Assembly: GCA_950097015.1 (NCBI GenBank)
Contig: CATNEN010000001.1
Coordinates: 26,970,001 to 27,034,000 of the forward strand
Direction of reading: 5' to 3'
Source of the DNA: Macrostomum hystrix
Taxonomy: Eukaryota > Animalia > Platyhelminthes
Length of the DNA: 64,000 nucleotides
Below, in pieces: positions 12,201 to 23,200 of the stretch. A program made the translations under genes and the position numbers. Each line of letters opens with the position of its first letter. Position 1 is the first letter of the stretch. Below the pieces are notes generated by a model. That model searched no databases and had not been told where the DNA came from. It saw only the letters and a program-made list of their open reading frames with translations.

Positions 12201-14958
12201 GGTTTAAATTGCCCCTAAGCCGTCGCGTCTGCGCCCAAAAATCAATTGTGACTTCGCCAATCTAATTTCGCGCACCTGGTTTTACTAGTCGGACATGTCT
12301 CCGTGGATCCGGACCTCGCCCTGCTGCGCCTTCGCCGTCCCGTCGCCCTGTCGCGCTACGTTCGCCCGGCCTGCCTGCCAATCGAAAACAATCGACTGCC
12401 GACTGGCACGGAATGCATAGTGGCCGGCTGGGGCAAAATCAACTCAATGGGTGAGCGGCTGGTCGACTGCAATTTCACATCGAAACAGAATTTCAAAATC
12501 TGCGACCCGGGATTTTTTCACAAATTAACTGTTTCAGATCAGCAGCATTCGGAGAAGCTACTCCATGCCACTGTGAGAATTCACGATGAAGCTGAATGTA
12601 GCGCAGCCTATCAAAACGACTCCGTCAATCTGCAGCCAGGTGAGATCTGCGCCGCCGGTGAGGACTACTCAACCGATGCCTGCCAGGTGAGTTACAACTC
12701 TATGTGGTTCCCTACAATCGCAGCTACACATGCCACCAGTCTGAAAATGATCCCCACTGTCTATTATCCCTAAGACTTTGATCCCCACCGTCTATTATCC
12801 CTAAGACTTTGATCCCCACTGTCTATTGTCCCTAAGACTTTGATCCCCACCGTCTATTATCCCTAAGACTTTGATCCCCACTGTCTATTATCCCTAAGAC
12901 TTTGATCCTACTGTCTATTATCCCTAAGACTTTGATCCCCACCGTCTATTATCCCTAAGACTTTGATCCTACTGTCTATTATCCCTAAGACTTTGATCCC
13001 CACTGTCTATTATCCCTAAGACTTTGATCCCCACTGTCTATTATCCCTAAGACTTTGATCCCCACCGTCTATTGTCCCTAAGACTTTGATCCCCACCGTC
13101 TATTGTCCCTAAGACTTTGATCCCCACCGTCTATTATCCCTAAGACTTTGATCCCCACCGTCTATTATCCCTAAGACTTTGATCCCCACCGTCTATTATC
13201 CCTAAGACTTTGATCCCCACTGTCTATTATCCCTAAGACTTTGATCCTACTGTCTATTATCCCTAAGACTTTGATCCCCACCGTCTATTATCCCTAAGAC
13301 TTTGATCCTACTGTCTATTATCCCTAAGACTTTGATCCCCACTGTCTATTATCCCTAAGACTTTGATCCTACTGTCTATTATCCCTAAGACTTTGATCCC
13401 CACCGTCTATTGTCCCTAAGACTTTGATCCCCACCGTCTATTATCCCTAAGACTTTGATCCCCACTGTCTATTATCCCTAAGACTTTGATCCCCACCGTC
13501 TATTGTCCCTAAGACTTTGATCCCCACCGTCTATTATCCCTAAGACTTTGATCCTACTGTCTATTATCCCTAAGACTTTGATCCCCACCGTCTATTATCC
13601 CTAAGACTTTGATCCCCACCGTCTATTATCCCTAAGACTTTGATCCCCACCGTCTATTATCCCTAAGACTTTGATCCCCACCGTCTATTATCCCTAAGAC
13701 TTTGATCCTACTGTCTATTATCCCTAAGACTTTGATCCCCACCGTCTATTATCCCTAAGACTTTGATCCTACTGTCTATTATCCCTAAGACTTTGATCCC
13801 CACTGTCTATTATCCCTAAGACTTTGATCCTACTGTCTATTATCCCTAAGACTTTGATCCCCACCGTCTATTGTCCCTAAGACTTTGATCCCCACCGTCT
13901 ATTATCCCTAAGACTTTGATCCCCACTGTCTATTATCCCTAAGACTTTGATCCCCACCGTCTATTGTCCCTAAGACTTTGATCCCCACCGTCTATTATCC
14001 CTAAGACTTTGATCCTACTGTCTATTATCCCTAAGACTTTGATCCCCACCGTCTATTATCCCTAAGACTTTGATCCCCACCGTCTATTATCCCTAAGACT
14101 TTGATCCCCACCGTCTATTATCCCTAAGACTTTGATCCCCACTGTCTATTATCCCTAAGACTTTGATCCCCACCGTCTATTGTCCCTAAGACTTTGATCC
14201 CCACCGTCTATTATCCCTAAGACTTTGATCCTACTGTCTATTATCCCTAAGACTTTGATCCCCACCGTCTATTATCCCTAAGACTTTGATCCCCACCGTC
14301 TATTATCCCTAAGACTTTGATCCCCACCGTCTATTATCCCTAAGACTTTGATCCGCACCGTCTATTATCCCTAAGACTTTGATCCCCACTGTCTATTATC
14401 CCTAAGACTTTGATCCTACTATCTACACCGTCTATTATCCCTAAGACTTTGATCCTACTGTCTATTATCCCTAAGACTTTGATCCTACTGTCTACACCGT
14501 CTATTATCCCTAAGACTTTGATCCTACTGTCTATTATCCCTAAGACTTTGATCCCTACTGTCTATTATCCCTAAGACTTTGATCCCCACTGTCTATTATC
14601 CCTAAGACTTTGATCCTACTATCTACACCGTCTATTATCCCTAAGACTTTGATCCTACTGTCTACACTGTCTATTATCCCTAAGACTTTGATCCTACTGT
14701 CTACACTGTCTATAATCCCTAAGCTATGATCCCCACTGGGGATAACTGCTGACAGTATTGTAAGCATAGCGCCCATCCAACTTGTTTCAGTTCGACAGCG
14801 GAGGCCCGCTAATGTGCCAGCAGCGTGGCCGATGGACTGTGTCGGGCATTGTGTCTCGCGGTCGCGACTGCGCCCAACGCGGCTTTCCTGGAATCTACGC
14901 CAATGTGTCCGCCAGCATCGACTGGATCGCTCAAGTCCTGCATCACCATCAGATGTGA
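9298..14958 (+). CDS. Secreted trypsin-like serine protease (peptidase S1A), 8 exons, ~376 aa
   Basis: Exons 9298-9397, 9851-9884, 9996-10269, 10347-10456, 10601-10734, 12289-12450, 12538-12686 and 14791-14958 have GT-AG junctions and total 1131 nt. The protein has a signal peptide, activation site NKR|[28 protein letters not shown] (His57), DLALLRL (Asp102), DACQFDSGGP (Asp189/Ser195) and PGIY. AATAAA is at 15081. Exon 2 is the least certain. Confidence 0.9.
10720..11788 (+). repeat. 28-bp minisatellite, ~38 copies, spanning the exon 5 donor of the protease
   Basis: Unit ccccaatgtgacag|gtgagagcctcgg(a/t/g). The first copy contains the true exon/intron junction at 10734/10735. Confidence 0.97.
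12129..12240 (+). repeat. Short dispersed repeat with hairpin; second copy at ~24980-25105
   Basis: tacatctgccctgactttctcatcgtcaggcagtgta is shared by both copies and followed by ~75 nt of diverged similarity. Stem is ctgcc(c)tgac/gtcaggcag. Confidence 0.75.
12749..14736. repeat. 30-31-bp minisatellite, ~64 copies, filling the last protease intron
   Basis: Unit gatccccac(c/t)gtctattatccctaagacttt. Confidence 0.97.
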
Positions 14959-15178
14959 AGGCAGCCGACCTGCTGGGATAAAACTAACTGAATAGTTTTT
15001 GAGAACACTTACAAGAAACTGCTCCCATTTGCCCTGGATTTCAGAAGCAAATTTGAGAACTTTTGATTGCCCAAGATAATAATAAACACGCTTTGGCGAT
15101 TACAGAAGTTTTTCTGAAGAACTTTGTGATAACTACTCATTCATTGAAGGAAATATCTGTTTTTATTCTGCTTTCTCG

Positions 15179-16049
15179 TTTGATCCTTTGTCTCTGAACC
15201 CCTGCCTCTTTGATCCCCAGTGCCTCTTACCCCCAGCCTCTTTGATCCCAGTGTCTCTTACCCCTGCCTCTTTGATCCCCAGTGTCTCTTACCCCCTGCC
15301 TCTTTGATCCCCAGTGTCTCTTACCCCTGCCTCTTTGATCCCCAGTGTCTCTTACCGCCTGCCTCTTTGATCCCAGTGTATCTTACCCCCTGCCTCTTTG
15401 ATCCCCAGTGTATCTTACCCCCTGCCTCTTTGATCCCAGTGTCTCTATGATCCCCTGCCTCTTTGATCCCAGTGTCTCTCACCCCCTGCCTCTTGATCCC
15501 CAGTGTCTCTATGATCCCCTGTCTCTATGATACCCTGTCTCTATGATCCCCTGTCTCTTTGATCCCAGTGTCTATGCTCCCCTGTCTCTATGATCCCCAC
15601 CGTCTCTATCTATGATCCCCACCGTCTCTATCTATGATCCCCACCGTCTCTATCTATGATCCCCACCGTCTCTATCTATGATCCCCACCGTCTCTATCTA
15701 TGATCCCCACCGTCTCTATCTATGATCCCCACCGTCATCTATGATCCCCACCGTCTCTATCTATGATCCCCACCGTCTCTATCTATGATCCCCACCGTCA
15801 TCTATGATCCCCACCGTCTCTATCTATGATCCCCACCGTCATCTATGATCCCCACCGTCTCTATCTATGATCCCCACCGTCTCTATCTATGATCCCCACC
15901 GTCTCTATCTATGATCCCCACCGTCATCTATGATCCCCACCGTCTCTATCTATGATCCCCACCGTCTATATCTATGATCCCCACCGTCTCTATCTATGAT
16001 CCCCACCGTCTCTATCTATGATCCCCACTGTCTCAATCTATGATCCCAC
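15179..16049. repeat. Two related GATCCCC-core minisatellites (~31-bp unit, then 18-22-bp unit)
   Basis: ctttgatccccagtgtctcttaccccctgcct (15200-15500) grades into atgatccccaccgtctctatct (15590-16049). Confidence 0.93.
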
Positions 16050-16593
16050 CGAGCCCGTCTGCTCGATGACAGCTTCTCTCTGGCCAGCGCAGGCTACCTG
16101 GACTACAGCGTTCCGCTCAACATGACCAAGTACTTGAAGAGAGAGACCCACTTGGCTCCGTGGCAGTCGGCCATGTTGAAGATGAGCTACCTGTACTTGA
16201 TGCTACACCGACAGTCTCCGGAGTACGGTCCTCTGAGTGCCTACATGCGCGACCTGCTCGAAGGTGCCTTGAACGACGTCGGACTCGACAACAAGGACAA
16301 CGAGACGCACCTCACCCGACTGAAGCGAGAGCTCATCGTCTCATCGGCCTGCCTGTACGGTGTGCGAGTTTGCAAGGTTGATCTTTTACATTGTGAGAAA
16401 TCTGGAGAGTTTCAACACCAAGCAGAAACTGGAGGAGATAAAGCGATTCCAGTAGCGGCACAAAGACACCGTCAGAACTGCGTCTCGAGCGTTGAAGCTG
16501 GCCCTGGAGAATGTGCGGATCAATGTGAAGTGGATGAAAAGCAATCTGCCTTCGCTAAGGTCCTGGCTGGCTGAGCATGCGAATCGATTGTGA
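16047..16593 (+). pseudogene. M1 aminopeptidase (aminopeptidase N/ERAP1-C domain) pseudogene fragment
   Basis: RARLLDDSFSLASAGYLDYSVPLNMTKYLKRETHLAPW...SACLYGVRVC matches the ERAP1_C pattern (RAQLIDDAFNLA..G..L..YL..E....PW). After a frame change at ~16380 it reads FNTKQKLEEIKRFQ*...SRALKLALENVRINVKWMKSN...WL, the family C-terminus. Premature TAG at 16453-16455; no catalytic exons nearby. Confidence 0.8.
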
Positions 16594-17437
16594 TGCTATT
16601 ACCTAAAAGCCTAGTTGGAGTAATTTTAAGGCTTTACTAACTTCTTAGAGAATAACTAAATTGTGCTTTTGAAAAGAAAGATTTTTTGAGCATAGCTATA
16701 AGCGTTATTCGATTCAAATCTACATAAAAACTGTTCGAGCATTGTGCAGCTTGAGAGGAAAATCATAATTACGGGTGGCGCAAGGGGTTTGGATGTACGT
16801 TGGCGTTTACTTAGAGTAGCGATCTAAGAAATATCATGCATTGCTAAAGTTGTGACAGCGCAATTACATTTGCTAAAACGGCCCCATGTCTCAAAAGCCA
16901 TAAATTCTATGGACTGGTGCTACGAGTTTCTCTGTCGTCAAATCATTTTCGCTACTGAATGAATGTCTCCGCATGCCACAATCGCAAACAAGTTTTTCGT
17001 AAACTTCTGTAACCTCAACGAGAGCTAAAGCAAATGAATTTTTGAAACACTTTTAGATGCGGCTTTTTACGGCTGCCTCGTAAAAAGGAGTGGCTTGTGA
17101 GTAACTTTTCTAGTCAAGCCCAGAGCACGTAAGGTTTGTTCAAAATAACTTTCTGAAACGAGACTCTCTGTCATCATGGCTCAGGAAATAACTTGCAAGC
17201 TTTGAAAATTGCCGGAATGGATCAACATCCTGAGATACGTTCACTGCAGACCGAGTCTCAGCCCTGTCCACCTGTTTTGGCTCTTGTTTTTTGCTCCTAA
17301 GTCACCTAAAACTTGAGAAGATTTTATTTAAACTACAAAAATATATAAACTTTAAAATTCTGAAAAATTTGCAGTGTTATAAAAAACGAATAGATTTATC
17401 AGATGCATCAGCTACTCGCCGGTACACAAATATTTAT

Positions 17438-17845
17438 AGTCTCAGCCACACAGGTAGTAGTCTCAGCCACACAGGTAGTAGTCTCAGCCACACAGGTAGT
17501 AGTCTCAGCCACACAGGTAGTAGTCTCAGCCACACGGGTAGTAGTCTCAGCCACACAGGTAGTAGTCTCAGCCACACAGGTAGTAGTCTCAGCCACACGG
17601 GTAGTAGTCTCAGCCACACAGGTAGTAGTCTCAGCCACACAGGTAGTAGTCTCAGCCACACAGGTAGTAGTCTCAGCCACACAGGTAGTAGTCTCAGCCA
17701 CACAGGTAGTAGTCTCAGCCACACAGGTAGTAGTCTCAGCCACACAGGTAGTAGTCTCAGCCACACAGGTAGTAGTCTCAGCCACACAGGTAGTAGTCTC
17801 AGCCACACAGGTAGTAGTCTCAGCCACACAGGTAGTAGTCTCAGC
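17438..17845. repeat. 21-bp minisatellite, ~19 copies, starting at the stop codon of the WSC gene
   Basis: Unit tagtctcagccacacaggtag. Confidence 0.97.
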
Positions 17846-18681
17846 CTCGCATGTAGTATTCTCCAGCTGAGCTGCTCAGGCTGGCAGGCGGGTAGGCGAA
17901 CCTGAGCAGGTGACACATCTGCAGCTGCTCAGAGAAGATGACGGCTTGGCACTGGGCTCGTGCATGGCACAAGGCTACGCAGTGGATCCTGGATGTTGCT
18001 TCTCTGGTCCAGAAGGTCTGATTGGCGATGACAGTCAGGCTAGGCAGTTGGGTCTTGATGAAGAAGGCCTTATCTGAAACGCAGACTTAGTTTCAATAAT
18101 TATTTGCGGAATTAGGTAAGGCGCCTATCTTTTTCAGGGCTTTAGCACAGCTACGTCGCTACATAGAGATCATCTGATTTTTAGGAAATTTCCCAAGAAA
18201 GATTTCAAAAGCCTGGTGCTTTTTAGACGAGCATGTGGCGCTCGAGAGCTCTGAGGTCAAACTGTTTTACACCCAGCTCACTTGGGTAGGTCTGTGCAAA
18301 CACGGAGTTCCGGTTGCTGCCTCCGCACACCTGAGTTGAATTTCCTGAGCAGGCCAAGTTGCAGCTAGACTCACTGGCTGCTCCGTAGTGACTGTAGGAG
18401 CTGCCACAATAGCACTCATGATAGTACTGCAATCCGAAGTAAGGGAATCCTCCAACTGAGCAGACATTGCTGCAGAGCTCGTGCGTCATGCTGGAGTCGC
18501 TGCGCACGCCGTCGATGTGGTTGTAGGCGAACTCGCCCAGCATTGTCACTCCGTCCAGCCCATTCAAAGCTCTGGCGCTTGAATAATTGTCAATGAAGCA
18601 ACCGATGTAGGAGAACTGAGCCACCCTGGCAGCAGCGACAGCCAGGACAGCGCAGCTGACGACGGAGGCCAGAGCTCTCAT
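17841..18681 (-). CDS. Secreted WSC-domain + PAN/apple-like protein, 2 exons, 210 aa
   Basis: Exons 18681-18282 and 18073-17841 total 633 nt. The protein has a signal peptide and the WSC pattern YIGCFID...MTHELCSNVC...YFGLQYYHECYCG...CNLACSGNSTQVCGG. Exon 2 has SRIHCVALCHARAQCQAVIF...CHLL (PAN/apple-like Cys spacing). TATA-like ctataaata on the minus strand at ~18765-18774. Confidence 0.88.
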
Positions 18682-18996
18682 CGTGTGAGCTTAACTAGTC
18701 ACGTATTTTACTTTTACTTTTCGAGTCTTCTAGAGCTAGTTACCAGCTTGGACTCGATCTAACTTTATTTATAGTTGGGTGGATGTAAGGGCTGGTTCGA
18801 TGCATGTTCATTCGACCAATCAGAATGCAGCAGTTTCTACGAGCTTAGCACCACCTTCTTGGTCACATTTGAGCTAGATGATAGGTAAAGACTCTTCGAA
18901 GAAAGGATTCAAACTCGTTAAAAAGCTTGCCACCATTGAGCCTTAAAAAAAGTCAATTGGGAAGCGACAGGTGAGCTGAAGGGACAGGTGAGCTTA

Positions 18997-19158
18997 TGTG
19001 GCTGAGACTACTACCTGTGTGGCTGAGACTACTACCTGTGTGGCTGAGACTACTACCTGTGTGGCTGAGACTACTACCTGTGTGGCTGAGACTGCTACCT
19101 GTGTGGCTGAGACTACTACCTGTGTGGCTGAGACTACTACCTGTGTGGCTGAGACTAC
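18997..19158. repeat. Inverted copy (~8 units) of the 21-bp minisatellite upstream of the WSC gene
   Basis: Unit tgtggctgagactactacctg is the reverse complement of the 17438-17845 unit. Confidence 0.95.
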
Positions 19159-20281
19159 TGATTTTTCCAGCTGGGTGAAATAATCTGACTACTGTCGTCA
19201 GATTGATGCGCCTGTACCCGCAGCCTGACTGCAGCTATTAATAATATTATAGTGGAAATTTACAAGTTTCGACGTTTTTGAGATAAAGTTTTTAAAGCAG
19301 CCATTAATTGTTACTCAATGACGCACGGATTCAAGGAACTTTGCATCTAATATACTCGTGTGTAGAACAGAAACTGGCAGCGAAATGTCTTTCTTCACGC
19401 CTAATGCGAACGCTATCCTGCTCTTAGCTCTCTGAGTACGCACCGAAGAATTGCTCTGCTGAGATTAAGCCAGTTTTCACAAGTCTTTGTTTCTCGGAAT
19501 TTTGTTCAGCTACAGTCAGCGGTAGAAAAATGTATATTTTCTAATCAGTGTTGCTCTCAGTGAACAAGTAAAGAAGGTTTGATAACCAAAAGTAAGGCAC
19601 TATCTTGTAGGACGGAGCAGGATTATAGCTAAACGCTAACTAACAGTGGCTAGATTAACTGGGTGCACTTTTACGGCATAGCGGTTACAACAAACTGGCT
19701 AAAAAGGATCGTGTACAGACAGAAAGCATCTACAATTACGCAGAAAAAGTCAAAGTACTGCAGGCTTCGTTAAATTGGCTAGTTGTCAAGAGAATCAGGT
19801 GGAGTCTTGGCTAAAAATTCATTTTGAGTACAACAGACCGAAAAAAAGACTGCAAAACCGGCGCCATACTACTCGCAAACTGCTCCAGATAAGTAGAGCG
19901 TTACGAGTGCGGAGTCTTAAAAACAGAATTGAAGTACCTCTGGCTGTAGATTGTGTCTTGGATAATAAAAGCAACTCATTGATAACAAAAAGCAAAACAA
20001 TAAAATTGCAACTTTTAGAATCTGGTCGGTCGAACGCTAAAATAAACGATCGGTTAAGATAATTAGCAAAAACGCAAAGCAAATCACAATGCAAAACTGC
20101 AGGCATTTAGCAGTTAAGAAACTGTCTGTTTTTAGAGTAAAACAAAAACATTAAAAAATTCAGAGTTCAAATCAGGGATGCAAAAAATCTAAGCAGAAGA
20201 AAACTCAAAGGAAAAACTGAGAGGAATTGAGATTAGGAAGCGACATAAAACCCGATTAAAGTGCATTGTACATTGTCACGG

Positions 20282-23200
20282 CTACTTTCTGGCCACATTC
20301 TTCTTGGCCTGGCCGAGTGCCACCTGGCGGGCGTTGACACCGAATAACAAAGTGCTCAGCGTCTCCTGCAGGTTGCTCTCGTTTGGACTCACGTTCACAA
20401 ATAGACAGGCCTGCAGACGGGACAGATTGAGGTGAGGCGGTTTTGAGAGTGAGGTGGGAGTCCGACGGAGTGAGGTGGGTGTGTCCGACGGAGTGAGGTG
20501 GCTGTCTGCCGAAGTGAGGTGGGTGTCCGATGAGAATGAGTTTGGTGTCCAATGCAGGCAGATAGGTGGCTGATTCCTAAAGGTATTTTCAAATAAATTA
20601 TCGGGATACACAGTTTTACTTTTCTATATTCTGTGGTAACTCTCCGCAGTTGCATTGCAGTTCACTTTTACTGCGCAGCGTACAGTTTAGTTCACTGAAT
20701 GCAAATTCTCTAATAAAAGGGCCGCCTACCTTGGCATCGCCGCCCAGACTGGGCATGAGCAGGTGGGTGAGCTTGCTGTTCCTGTACGGCACGTGAAGCT
20801 GGTTGTCACGCAGCGCGGCAAACACCTGGCCCAGCGAGGTGAGCGACTTGTTGATGAAGGCGGCCTCGGCCAGCTGCTCGCCAGTGGCTCCGGTTTTTCC
20901 CACCCGCTCGGAGCCGGCCAGGTCGCACAGGGTGAGGGTGCCCTTCGTGCGGGTGCCCGAGACCAGGTCCTGCCCGATCACCGTGAGTATCAGCACCAGG
21001 TGCGAGCGAGAGCTGGTGCGGATTTTAGATTAAAAAATAATTAACTTAAAATTCCAAATATGAAAAATTCATTAAGAGTAAATTGTCAAGCAATATGAAC
21101 AGAAATGCAGTTGTGAAAAAGCTATGTGAAACTAGTACAGTACAGATGTGTGAGTCTGCGTGCCGTTTTTTCCAGGAATTGCGGTGCACAGCGGGTTCAG
21201 TGCTTAACAAAATATTTGCAAGTGCAGTCAGCCGATTGCTGAATTCAGATTCAACTAGCAGTCTTCGCATCATGTCAAGATAATTCTAGAAATCATGTAC
21301 TTTATGATAATAATCGGCTATTTCTACTGACTTTCCACACTTTGAGTAGCACAGATGGATAAGTAGAGGTCCAGCTGTTAGGCACAGGTGCACGAATTGA
21401 TTAGTGAGGCCAGCTGGCGATGGAAGCTGCAAGACATGCAAGTACAGGTGGGTTTAAGTCTGTAGTTCTCCAAGTTTTATATCCGGGTGACTTGAGCACG
21501 ATTCTAATTTCTCTGTCGCGAAACTGGCCGGTAATTTATTGAAGCGTTAAAGTGAATTTATAAGCTAATGAGACTAAAATGTGGGGAAAAATTCGGAGAA
21601 ATATTTTTAATGAATATTTGTTCCGCACGGAATTTCTCTAAGCCTCACCTCTGCGAATTCATCTTGGTGGCTGCCACCTTCCGATTGGCCGTTCCCTGGT
21701 CTAGAGCATCCAAGATGTCCTTCTCCTTGCTAATAGTCTGCTCCGTGATGTCCACAAGGGTTACCTTCGTTCCAGTGCTGCGCAAATCCACCTGCTTCAC
21801 GTCCTTGGTGAGCAGATCCTGGATGCACTCATTGTAGATTTCTACCATAGACAGGTGCATTGTGTACTGCGTGGTGTCCTTTCTCTCGGCGCACAGTCTG
21901 AACAGCTCCTGGATGGCGCGGACGTTCACGCCGGGGTTGCTGAACGGATTGGGCGCGGGTCCAAGCATTGTGTAGGTCTTGCCGCTGCCTGTCTGTCCGT
22001 AGGCCATGATGCTCACGTTGTAACCATCAGCGCACGACGTGATGATCGGACTGACCACTTCGTACACCTGCAGGCAGGTGAGCGAGGCAGCTTAGAAAAT
22101 TAAACTCGTAGCATCGCTAGCTACTCAAAGCTTCATGTCTCGTTACCTTTTTAACAGTTGAAACACCAAGGGGTATTTAAAATACCCAAATTTATCTTTT
22201 CTTGTATCTCTTAAAAATTCAACCGATTGCCATAAAAATGTAGAACACGGGCTAAAATTTTCCGCTCTACGAGGGTCACTCAGAAAGTCTTTAGCCTGAA
22301 CAAGAAAACAGCAACATATGAACTAAAAAACCATTACAACTGCTCAAAGTACTCTCCCCCCGCATTGATACAGGCTTGCATCCTGTGGAACCAGCTGTCG
22401 AAGCACTGCCGCCAATCCTCATCCCGGAGCTCCCCGATGACGTCTTTGAACTCATTGCGTATGAAGGACACAGATGAGCGAAAACGTCTTGTAAAGTTTG
22501 AAATGAATCGGCCGGCGACTTGCCTTGCTTGAAATGCAAGTACATCATAGCTCTGAAGTCACGATTTTCCAGCTTCATTGTGCAATTGAACGGCTCAAGG
22601 GGTGAACTGACTTTGGCTCACTGCAGTGGACTCGAAAGTAACTGCCTCTGTTTGAAAATTTAGCTATAAGACTTTTAAAAGGTGGTCTTTACCATAGACA
22701 AATTTCATGCTTCTGCGTCTCGTGGATCATACTCAGGCTAAACACTTTCTGAGTGACCCTCGTATCCGATGAAACAACTTCCAGAATCACAAAGCATCGC
22801 AAAAACTCTTGTCGGGGTGTCTGGTGGCAAAAACCTCCCCCAAAACTCACAAAATTTCATAATGTAACCAGTCGGCTAATATTGCTCGTATTGTTGACTA
22901 TTTTGTATTGATTCTATTCTTAATTTATAAACTTTTGAAAAAATGAATTCGACAAAGACGCTTTATACAGAGCAATGCCAGCTGTCCTTGTCTGCAGGGT
23001 CTTTGCCAGGAATCGCTGAACATCTCGACGATTCTGACACGGTAGGCTTTGAAAGTTGGTTCATCTTATTAAAGGGCGGAGAATTTTGAAATGCTGGACT
23101 TTCCGTAGACAGTGGGCATTTTAAATTTCGGCAGTTCGAATCTCAGTCCAAGGGAAACAACTGCTCGAGGCCATTGGAAGCGTCTGTACATCTGGCCTAA

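Noticed and set aside
10720-14736. CRISPR-like 28-31-bp repeats
   Set aside because: Units are contiguous with no unique spacers; the context is eukaryotic with no cas genes.
17291-17916. SHTGSSL / AETTTCV repeat proteins
   Set aside because: Readings of the 21-bp minisatellite.
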